A stretch of 64,000 nt of DNA from Eledone cirrhosa (Eukaryota). The stretch is from the NCBI GenBank assembly GCA_964016885.1, contig OZ024744.1, positions 39,060,001 to 39,124,000 of the forward strand, in the 5' to 3' direction. Shown here piece by piece: positions 36,336-46,918 of this stretch. Numbering within the stretch: position 1 is the stretch's first letter; each line of letters begins with the position of its first letter. Under the pieces are notes generated by a model, which was not told where the DNA came from, did no database searches, and was given only the letters and a program-made list of their open reading frames with translations. The position numbers were made by a program, and so were the translations under genes.

Positions 36336-37731
36336 GCTATTTTTCTCACACTTTACATATATAAACTATTGTTTATTTTGACGTGACAACGATAACCTTC
36401 TTCACTGAGTTGTTTTCCTTTGATGTATCTTATATGTAGTATAACACTAACAGCCTTAATATTACGTTTCTGTGTTGTTGTTTTAAGTTAATACTGCTAA
36501 AACCATTTCGAATATATCAAGTTATCTTTCTATGTGGCCATCCAGTACTCCCATAAATTCAAACAATTTTTTGTTGACAAGTTAAGTCGGCTTTTAATTT
36601 CGACTTCAATAAACACTGCCGCGACCAAGTTTGCCCTTTAACTACTTTAGATTCAATAAAAGAAGTTACTAATGGTATGTATGGATATGAAACTATAGTT
36701 GGAAACAAACAGTCCATTATTGTCCCCTAACTCCGGTACAGGACTAAGAAAATAATTTCACTATTACGTGTTTACTCCTTTGCCATTATATAAATCAGTG
36801 TAAAGAACAGTGGAAATACGGAAATAGATGGAGCAGTAGAACTCACACATGTGTGTGTGTGTGTGAGTTTGTGTGCGTGTTTGTGTGTGTATGTATATAT
36901 AAATGTGTGAGTCTGTGTGCGTGTTTGTGTATGTATGTATGAATATATATCTATGTGTGTGTGTGTGTGTACAGTTGAATCTACCAAACTCCGGCGTATC
37001 CTAAAACCATCAATATATTTTCATCTGGAATATTAATCCATTTTTAACGAAACGAAAATACTAAGTATCAAAGACCATCTGGACGTTTGACAGTCAGTTT
37101 GTACTTCTAACTTTCATCACTTTTGATCTGATAGTTCTTTTGGAGATTAAAGTTGAGTTACCGTTAGTTTTCTCACGAAGCTCATGACATACCGCGAGTG
37201 TGAGGAGCAGGGAGACATTCACACAACAACGCGATGTATGTTTAAGTTTCCCGTGAACATTTCCTGACGGATTCCAGCCAGTGATAGGTCACCTTGAACA
37301 CTTTTTATATATGTATGTAACGAAACCTTGATGATTTTCTTAGTCATCCACACACGACTACCTCAGAGCCACAAATTTAGATGACGTTCTCTTGTAGAAG
37401 GCTAACGACACCAGATTGTCCGAAAAGAGGACAGTTCTTAAATCCATCTGTTTAATGTTTCTGGGCAACCTAATCCTTATATATACAAGAGATTTCGACC
37501 CTCAAATATAGTCTGCTTTCTGACTCTGCTACAACTTGTTTGGTCAGCTTCCCAATGCTGCCACACACAAACTGACTAGCCAGTCCTGCTGAGATCGGCT
37601 ATAGCTAAGCTTGCTACCATCATCAACACACATGTTAATAAATTTACTACTTTGGAATTTTACATTCTCACATATAACTCTATGGATCTTTTTCCGTTGT
37701 TTATTGCTGCACATGATTTCGGTGTAAATCA

Positions 37732-39300
37732 TCTATATAAATAAAAGTCGAATCGTATCGTGTATCAGTCCCGCGATGGAAGTAGAGTGGTGAACATTCT
37801 ACGCCAAAAAAATTATCAAACGTTTCAACTCTGAGTGAGTATATGTATGTATATGTGTGAATGTATGTGTGTGTAAAAGGGAGTAAGGGGAATGGTTGGG
37901 TGTATATGTGTTTGTGTAGGTTTATTTAGAAAGATACATAGATAATAGAATTACAGACACACGCGCATTTACATATACATACAATATATATATAAACAGA
38001 TACACTTTAAAAAATAATTATTACATACACACACATCTATGTGATAAGTTGGAAGGTAGATGTTTGTGTATGTAAAAATTATTTTTAACCAGCGTTCTTT
38101 CAGTATACATAAACAAACCAGCGTTCTTTCAGTAACTAAAATCAAATGCATTCAAATACGGTGACCATTAAATAACATTGAGAAGTGTATTAACTTGAAT
38201 TACCATTCATATTCTATCTGTTTTTGATAAAAAATAATTTTTACAATCTACCTACCTATATATCTACCTACCTATCTATCTATCTCAAAACTTTCTGCAA
38301 CGTCTATCTTATGACATCACACACCTACTCCTACTGTCACTGTTGTCTGTACTCTTATTGCTACCACGGCTCTCTCCCACCAACACCGCCAAAGTGAGAT
38401 ATGTATGTGTGTATGAGAGAGAGAGCGAGGGAGTGTCGGTATGTTTGCTTAGGATTGAGAATTACATGCGCACACACTCACACAAACCTACACACTCACA
38501 AGTAATTGTCGCCTGCTGGCAAAAGTTTGCTGAGTGAACATATCTGTAGAAATCATTAATTTCATGATCAGGGTGTTCGGTTGTTAGAACAATTGAACCA
38601 CTATTTTCTTTCTTTTCCAAACCTTTCATATTTCATCTTACTCTTCTTTGTACAAAAGCAGATGAAATAGCTGCACCTATCAATGCATCCCATTTATGGT
38701 TATTATTCCACAAATTGTCATTAAGAATTAATATGAGAGTGTATATCCTAAAAAATAACGACTTACAGGACTTTGCAAGTAAACTATTAGAAATAAGAGA
38801 AAATAGAATCCCAAGTGACGACAATCACGGCGGTATTGGTAGAGGGTCAGACGCCATGCTTAGCAGCATAGAATTACGGCCCTTTACGGTCTGAGTTCAA
38901 ATCCAGCCGAGGTTAACTTTGCCTTTCATCCTTACGGGGTCGATAAAATAAAGTACCAGTAATGTACTGGGTAATTGCTGGCTTTGTGCCAAAAGTAGAA
39001 ACAATTATTACCAGTGGGAAATAGTGTTGAGAATTAAATTGATTTAGAAACATTTATTTTTAGGGCATTGCAATTAATTACACTAATACAGAATGGATGG
39101 CAGGCAGAATCATTTTAGCCGATAAAAATGATTATGTTGATGCTATTGATATGCGATTACTTAAAGTATCAGAACATAGATTAAGAACCTACAATTCTAT
39201 AGATCAAGTAGTGGATACAAATGAAGCAGTAGATTTTCTGGTTGAGTTCTTAAATTCATTAGAATTATCGAGATTTACATCACATCAATTGAATTTGAAG
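37732..39300 (+). mobile_element. Helitron with a Pif1 helicase remnant, interrupted by a SINE
   Basis: 5' A|TCTATATAAATAAAAG. Peptides TKADEIAA..SHLW..KLSLRINMRV, FASKLLEI and IILADKNDYVDAID...EAVDFLVEFLNSLEL..HQLNLKI (38650-39300). Confidence 0.75.
38828..39010 (+). mobile_element. tRNA-derived SINE inside the Helitron helicase remnant
   Basis: Family match. Confidence 0.85.
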
Positions 39301-39311
39301 ATATATATATA

Positions 39312-40350
39312 AAGTTATGTAATAAACAACATAAGATAATTATTTCATTTACCAGTGGTTTCTTGAAGACAGATATTGTATCTGTCTTCAGTCGTCAGAA
39401 TGAATAAAAAACATGTTTTTTTTTTATTAAATATGGATTTGAAAATAAAATTTAGGAAATATGAAAGTCAGACTGCAAAAAACCGGTGAAAGGAAATATC
39501 TGTCTTCAAGAAATCCACGTATAGACACCTGAAGCAAGGCTACATATGGGGAGATCATGGTATTAATGTAAAGGGTATGCCCAGGCCGTATCTAGTAAAT
39601 GCATGCAGGATATAAAAAAAAAGTATGCAGAATATATAAAAAATACATACATCTGAATTATATAAGAAAAGTATACAAAGATATACATTGGTTTGTACAT
39701 GGAAAAATACATGGAGTGTTACATAATGTAGTGCGTGGAAAATATGCCCGTACCACTGAAAAGATATACATGCAGGGAGTGCGTGAATAGGCCATAAAGG
39801 AGCATCTCACTGTGGGTGAGATAGAGTGCCTTATTGATGTATGGTACGGGACTGAATATCCGTGGAGGTTGAGCCACCGTGTCCCGGCTCATGCAATGTC
39901 GTTGCCGAGTCCGATAGGCAGCATAGGTTGCGTCGACTTGCCTCACAGGGCATACATAGTCAACAAGGTATGGTGTCTGATCCCTTGGACCCGCGCCGTC
40001 GCTCAGACCGGCGTCCGCTTCCCCGCATGCCTTTAGCTTGGGCTGTCCGGTTGGGTCCATGCGGAGAAAGTGCACCTTCTCTGGTGTCTGAACGTTATGA
40101 TAATCTCCGATTTCAGGTTGACCGCATCATCCTTCAATCTGACTATCTCCATGGCCTCGGGTAGGCATAGCCTACACTTCCTGTTTCCAGCCGAATATGC
40201 ATTTGCATATTGAACGATACTTCAGTTGAGATCATATGGGTGCCGTTGTCTTTCAAGTCCCATATTAGGTCCGCCAGCCTAATGGAGTGTCTCTTGCTCC
40301 GGCCCTTGAAAGAGACATCCTCGATTTAAAATTCGTGGTTGTTGCGCCGA
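39312..40350 (-). mobile_element. PLE fragment of another clade (Nematis-like GIY-YIG C-terminus plus 3' pLTR)
   Basis: Minus-strand peptide remnants LADLIW..KDNG...AYSAGNRKCRLCLPEAMEI...VNLKSEII..FRHQR (~40060-40300) match the PLE endonuclease end pattern KC.LCL.E..I..LN.RSE..CRH. A hammerhead lies downstream on the same strand; ends at (TA)n. Confidence 0.65.
39344..39404 (-). ncRNA. Complete type I hammerhead ribozyme
   Basis: Minus: ttcatt-CTGACGA-c-TGAAGACAGAT-acaat-ATCTGTCTTCA-a-GAAA-CCactGG-TA-aatgaa. Stem I 6 bp, stem II 11 bp, triplet GUA. Confidence 0.8.
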
Positions 40351-40620
40351 TTTAGGTGCGCTTGGTGTTGTGCGTGTTAACCACACATTTATATACTATG
40401 CCTTTCGTCAGACATCTTCCCTACAGGGGGCATTGTGTGCCTATACGTGGATTAATCCACGTTGGCAACATAATATCAACTCTGTCAGCACGTACACCAA
40501 GGTCCATGTTTGCATGTACAGCCCAATGTGTATCTTTATATGCTTTTCTTATATGTATTTTTTGCATATTTTTTTATGTGTGTGTAGATGTGTAAGAATA
40601 TATGTGCGAGTCTGTGTGTA

Positions 40621-40658
<38 letters not shown>

Positions 40659-40740
40659 CATGTGTGTATATATATATATATACATGTATATATATATATA
40701 TATATATACATGTATATATATATATATATATATACATGTA

Positions 40741-40807
<67 letters not shown>

Positions 40808-41515
40808 GTGTGTATACATGTGTGGGCGTGTGGGTAGGTGTGTGTATATATGTGTGTGTATGTGTGTATGTATGTATATGCATGTATATATATCTGTGCG
40901 TGTATATGTATGTATATGTACGAATGTGTATGTGTGTGCCTCTCTGTGTGCATGTATGCGTATACTTGTGTGACTATTTATGTGTGTATGCATGGATATG
41001 TGTGTATGCTTCTGGGCGTACATGTGTGAACGTAATCACACAAGCTACTCTGTATGTATCTGTCAGTATCTCTGTGGGGGGGGGGGGGGGGTTGACAAAC
41101 AGCAGTAATTTTGCCGACGGGGCAGTGGGAGAGTGACAGCTCAGGCCCTGACGGTCAGCGGGCTGCTACAAGTGGTCTGAATAATGATGACGTCACTAAC
41201 CAGTGACTAACCCAAGGACGCGCAAAGAGGATGAAGGTGGACGATAAAGGCTGTAGGGCCAGAAAACCCCACAAAGAGGATATGATCCGAAATCAATAGA
41301 CGTGTCCGAGGAACCTGCGAGTCCAGAGTCAGGTCGATCCACACACAGATCACACCTCGAGCTGTTCGCCAGGGAACCAATTGTAACACACAATAAATTG
41401 AATTCCGTGGCATCACTGACTTTTCGTTTTCCATTCTATAATACTATAATACACTGCACCGTAGGAGCATAGAGTGCTCAACCGGCATACCGCCTATGGA
41501 AGCATCTTAGCTACC

Positions 41516-41587
41516 TTTTTAAATCTTGGACTATATATATATATATATACACACCCACACATATATATATATATATGTCTGTGTGTG

Positions 41588-41628
<41 letters not shown>

Positions 41629-41632
41629 ATAT

Positions 41633-41712
<80 letters not shown>

Positions 41713-41771
41713 TTATATATTTATATGTGTGTGTGTGTGTGTATATATATATATAATCCAAGATTTAAAAA
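41516..41771. repeat. Mirror-organised microsatellite block bounded by 15-bp inverted ends
   Basis: tttttaaatcttgga ... tccaagatttaaaaa enclosing roughly symmetric (TA)n/(CA)n/(TG)n runs. Confidence 0.6.
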
Positions 41772-42679
41772 GACACACAATAATTACATTAGTCTTAATA
41801 GTTTTGCGTTTGTCGGAAAAGGAAAAAGAATGTATCAACATATCGGACGTTAGTCCTTCCTCGGGAAAGAGAAAAGTTAGGTGAGAGACGAGGTTAGAAA
41901 GTTGAAAAAAATCGTCGTTACCTGATCGACTGCTCGTGGAGAGAAACAACGAGTAGCAAAAAGCAAGTTGATAGTTTTTTTTCCCTTTACGAGATATACA
42001 TTATGCATTAGTCACTTTTTTGTTTTTGACCAACAACATGTATGTGCGTTTGTGTGCACGCGTGGTTATGAGTGATCGTCTGTTTTAATTTTTATTTCAG
42101 TATCTTTTATTACATAAGGTAAGGAGTGAATTTGTAGTTTCGCTAGAACGTCTGATAGAATGCTTTGCGTTATTCATTCTAGCTTGCTGTGGCCTGAATT
42201 CAAATCCTGTCGAGGTCAACTTTTACCCTTTCGAGACCGATAAATAATGTACCAGCCAAATAACGTGACCAATCTTCTTATATAACTCTCTCTTATCTTT
42301 CTCTCTTTTTCTCTGGAATAAATTGACTGTGTTTGCTCCTTGAGAGTTATAGGCTCCGCCAAACTTAAATGTTCAAGGCACGCTATGGCACGAAATCTTT
42401 ATTACTAGCTTGTTCAAGGATGTGTGATAATGATTGCTATTCCAATAATATCCGGCATCTAACTTGTGCTAAATCACCCATTTACTGGCAGTTTCTATTG
42501 TTTTTTTTATTTATTTACATTTTTATTTTGTTTTATTTGATTTTATCTTATTTTATTTTATTTTATTTTATTGCTGACGAGAATAAGATAACTAACTATG
42601 GAGAAAAAAAAGAACACAAATGGTTCTTAACTCTTGATAGAATTGTAGAAGTGCCGAGAGATAGTGAAAGAAGAAGAAT

Positions 42680-42830
42680 CGAACCAGTATTGGTATTTAT
42701 CCATATCAAAATGATGAAAGGCAAAGTTGGCCTCGATGATATTTGAATTCAGAGAGCACTGAGACGGAACGAATTTTACAACATTTAATCCGACCTCCTG
42801 GTGACTCTCACAACTCGCTGCTACGATTAA
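42680..42830 (-). mobile_element. Decayed SINE
   Basis: gatgaaaggcaaagttggcctcg...atttgaattcaga. Confidence 0.6.
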
Positions 42831-43066
42831 CAAACCTCACCTACATTCAACCTAATTTAAATAAAAATTACAGTGACTCATCAGTTAAGTACAATACGAC
42901 TTTATACAGGAAAAGCAAGAATAAATATACTGAAATATTGAATGTTGATACATTTTAACTTTATGTAAACCAATGAGAAACCTACGTGACTGATATACTT
43001 TCTAGAATAATGCTTTGCGAAAATAATATATAGTCTATTTTATTGCAAGCTTATGTGGGTGTGTGT

Positions 43067-43624
43067 CAGGTGAAACAAGGTAAAATAGCGCCTATGGCAA
43101 ACATTAAATTGCTGTCCCTGCCCATGCAGCAAGCTATATAGTAGTTGTTAGACAAAGGGATTGACAGCGCAGTTTAAATAAATGAGGGTTTAGGGTATTA
43201 AACTGCATTTTTATTTGTTCTACAGGTATCCTTTACGTTTAAGTATACGTAAAGTATTGGCAAAAGTGTTAGTGTATTTAAATGGAGTAATTTGTGTAAT
43301 ACTGATCTTTGACAAATATTAAACCCTTATTAAAATATTTGACAAGTCATACTATGAGGTATACCTCTGTGATCATGTAGTTCCCAGCACTGTATTTTAC
43401 CTATAGACCTAATAATTTATATAAATGGTTTAATGATCCAGCCACCATAGTGCTTCTTACTCATGATCATAAAAGACAGATCATACATCTGAAGAAGTTT
43501 CTTTTTCCACTCTCAGACGATAGCTTATCTGACTTTAATAGAAAGTGCTCCTAGTGCAGGTGTCGCCCCCTTTCAAGTGGCCCCCATGGCACGTGCCATG
43601 CTTGCCATACCCTAGATACGCCTG
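43067..43624. mobile_element. Possible hAT-like non-autonomous DNA transposon
   Basis: caggtgaaacaagg ... cctagatacgcctg imperfect TIR with gccccc/atggca subterminal motifs. Confidence 0.4.
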
Positions 43625-43641
43625 TTATATATATATGTGTG

Positions 43642-43698
<57 letters not shown>

Positions 43699-43809
43699 GC
43701 GTGTGTGTGTGTAGGGAGTGTAACGTGCTTTTACTGTAGGTTCACCCAAGTGAGCACTCGATGCGTAGTTTCCCGCCTGTAACGAAGTGTAGAACTAAAC
43801 AAAGTGTAA

Positions 43810-43939
43810 ATATAATAGTAAAAGGATGAATTGTTATGCCTTCATTACGTTTATTGGGTAGTGACGCACGTTTCGAAACGTGCGTCACTACTCAATAAAT
43901 GTAATGAAGGCATAACAATTCGTCCTTTTACTATTATAT
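43810..43939. repeat. 130-bp loopless palindrome centred on TTTC|GAAA of a hammerhead 3' half
   Basis: Arms ~65 bp with 3 mismatches; GAAA-C-gtgc-G-TC-actac; right arm ends in (TA)n. Confidence 0.8.
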
Positions 43940-44003
43940 ATATATAAAGAGAGAGAGGGAAGAGAGAGAGGGAGAGAGAGAAAGAGAGATAGAGAGAGAG
44001 ATT

Positions 44004-44049
<46 letters not shown>

Positions 44050-44058
<9 letters not shown>

Positions 44059-44366
44059 AATACTAAAAGTCTGTGATTGTTTGCTTGCTTGTCTGTAATG
44101 TAATACAGCCAAAAGGGCGCATAATGGGAAAAAACTTTGAAAGGAAGTCGCCCCTGAAATGGGAATACAAATGGAATAAAACAAGTTTCGCGTAAATCGG
44201 ACCACGGGTTCCCGAGATATGGGGGTTTTCCGAGTACCTTCTTAAACAAAGAGAGAGAAAGAGAGAGAGGAAGAGATAGTGGTTGTGACAGCGTAGATTG
44301 AAAGAGAGACATAGAGAGAGGGTGAGGAGACAGAAAAGGAGAATGGAAGAGAGCTGATGGTGTTGT

Positions 44367-44380
<14 letters not shown>
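44050..44380 (+). mobile_element. Helitron 5' portion interrupted by (TA)n and a PLE
   Basis: atatataatactaaaagtctgtgattgtttgcttgcttg start; body resembles 2905-3250 in style. Confidence 0.4.
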
Positions 44381-44428
<48 letters not shown>

Positions 44429-44443
44429 ACAACATACATACAT

Positions 44444-45297
44444 ACATACCCTTTTCAAAGACCTCCATGTATAGATAAGAAATGCATAATCTGTAAACTA
44501 AGCCCCCATATTAACTGTAAAACTAGAAACATAGTATATAGCATAAGATGTACTGAAGGACAATGTAAAGATAAGAATATAGTGTACACAGGTGAGACAG
44601 CTTGTAGTATAGGAGAACGGTTAAATGAACACTGGCGAGAGCTTCAAGATAGAAAAGAATCATCAATACTCCACCAACATGCTAAAAAAGAATATAAGGG
44701 CAAATTAGAGAACATAGAAATAAAAATAAAATCTACACACAGAAAAGACGTAATGTTTAGACAAATCACAGAGGCAATAAACAATTACTCCAACCAAAAT
44801 TAAATAGAAAACATGAATGGAATAGCAACATCACAACTTACAATTAAGGACAAAATGAAAACACACACACATAGAACAAACAACCCACCAGTAACATGTA
44901 AATAAACAAATAAATAAACAAATAAAAACACACACAGACACCCGGATGTAACACATGCGCAAACTAAGCACGCAACACACAAAAACAAGATGGCGTATGA
45001 CAGAACAAAGGAGAGGCACAAAACAAAGAAAAGAATTCCCAGTCACTGAAGAGGTCACAGAATGTGTGACGAAAGAACTTTGACAATATATGAACAACCG
45101 TCCGGTTGTGGAACCAACCAGCCAACCGAAAATTTATAAATTTTTTAAATTTATAATTTAATTTATAATAAATTGGAGTGAAAGCAACTGGTGCGTGTGT
45201 TTCTTATTGGCAACATGACGCTCCCAAAGTATAACAATATCGGTTTCAACACACGTTTTCAGATAAAGAATCTTGCTAAACAAATTCAAAAACGAAA
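44444..45297 (+). mobile_element. 5'-truncated second copy of the same PLE (linker, GIY-YIG, pLTR and tail)
   Basis: YPFQRPPCIDKKCIICK...YTGETACSIGERLNEH. Colinear with ~14992-15857 and ends in (TA)n. Confidence 0.9.
45042..45084 (+). ncRNA. Minimal type I hammerhead (copy in the second PLE)
   Basis: gtca-CTGAAGA-ggtcacagaatgtgtgac-GAAA-gaac-TT-tgac. Confidence 0.72.
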
Positions 45298-45500
45298 TAT
45301 ATATATATAAGTGGAGGCTTAGTAAAATCGAATCTTTGGCTGTGGGCAAGCAAATTCGACCTACAATATGAATGAGTTAGCAAAGGTAGACTCGATAAGG
45401 TAATAACATACGTTTAAATAGCTTGACAAATTGAACATTGTGGTAGGCAAAATCTAACACAAAATATACCAATAGTAATAATAATATAGTATATATATAT

Positions 45501-45815
45501 ATACTATAATTGAATATAAAAGAGAGATAAACACAGATATATACATATATGTGTTCAAATCGTAAGGGACCAGATTCGCTAGGGTGAAAAAGATACTATG
45601 AACAATAGGGTTTCACCAAAAGCTGTCTGTGTGTCTGGTTGTTACCCCCAATATCGGTTTGTATTTCTTTTCTTGATTTATTCTTTTAAATTGAGTCTTG
45701 CAAACCCTATTGTCCATAGTTAATATTTTTTTCACCCTAGCGAATCTGGTCCCTGACGATTTGAACACATATATGTATATATCTGTGTTTATCTTTCTTT
45801 TATATTCAATTATAC
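45501..45815. repeat. Inverted repeat (45501-45612 vs 45703-45815)
   Basis: gtgttcaaatcgtaagggaccagattcgctagggtgaaaa / ttttcaccctagcgaatctggtccctgacgatttgaacac. Confidence 0.8.
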
Positions 45816-45989
45816 TATACGGCTCGGAAAAATCTCTTTCCTTGAGCTATTTAATTGTAAGAGACTATTTTGAGTTTCTAACTCAATATATACCTTTGAT
45901 ATATACAGTATATATATATATAGTGAAAAATGGAACGGGAACAAAACAGAGAGGCAGTACAAACAAAGGTTTATTAGTTTCACGCTCTT

Positions 45990-46035
<46 letters not shown>

Positions 46036-46041
<6 letters not shown>

Positions 46042-46717
46042 ATACTTGGGGAGGATCATATTGTTGTAATAATATTGCCAGAATTAATAACAGAACACAC
46101 TCACTGTTTGGTTGGTTTTCGCTTCTGTATCTTTTATATCAGTTAATTTATTCGGTCCTCAATGTTTACCATTGACTGACCAACGGTAAAAAATACAGAT
46201 ATAATATAGACACAAACACATATATATAGTCTACCAAACACATATAAACACACACTAGTAAACTAAGATAGAATACAGTAACCAAAACACAGTCACCCAA
46301 ACACGAACACACATCAAACACTATACACACACGCAAACGCATGCGCAGAGAAGACAAAAATAAATAAATAAATAAACAAATTAAATAAAGATGGCGTAGA
46401 CATACAATACAACAGGACGAAACATACTAGCACCACTGACGATGTTGCAGATGTGCAACGAAAGAACTTTGTTATACTATATATATGTGTTTGTGTCTAT
46501 ATTATATCTGTATTTTTTACCGTTGGTCAATCAATGGTAACATTGAGGACCGAATAAAAAAATTAAATTAACTGATATAAAAGACACAGAAGCAAAAACC
46601 AACCAAACAGTGAGTGTGTTCTGTTATTAATTCTGGCAATATTATTACAACAATATGACCCTCCCCAAGTATAACAATATTTGTTTCGATCACGATTTCA
46701 TATCAAAAACCTCGCAA

Positions 46718-46722
<5 letters not shown>
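46036..46722 (+). mobile_element. Non-autonomous PLE pLTR element with inverted arms (related, diverged family)
   Basis: 46036-46230 is the reverse complement of ~46476-46680. It shares the ATGACCCTCCC..AAGTATAACAATAT end with the main PLE, has a ~45-bp tail and is flanked by (TA)n. Confidence 0.8.
46432..46473 (+). ncRNA. Minimal type I hammerhead
   Basis: acca-CTGACGA-t-GTTGCA-gatg-TGCAAC-GAAA-gaac-TT-tgtt. Stem II covaries with the 15605 copy; stem I is imperfect. Confidence 0.65.
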
Positions 46723-46766
<44 letters not shown>

Positions 46767-46798
46767 AAGGCATATATATACACAAACACACACACACA

Positions 46799-46850
<52 letters not shown>

Positions 46851-46918
46851 TATGACCAGTTCATATATATCACAGACACCCACATATATAGATACACTCA
46901 GACATATATATATACATC

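Noticed and set aside
36970-37550. Possible Tc1/mariner remnant
   Set aside because: No recognisable DDE/D motif or paired TIRs found by eye.
41073-41450. Poly-G followed by a GC-balanced segment with AATAAA, possible LTR
   Set aside because: No clear TG..CA termini, TSD or second copy.
43810-43939. All three arm mismatches form G.T pairs, suggesting fossil A-to-I editing
   Set aside because: C-to-T deamination explains them equally well (two involve CpG), and other palindromes do not show the bias.
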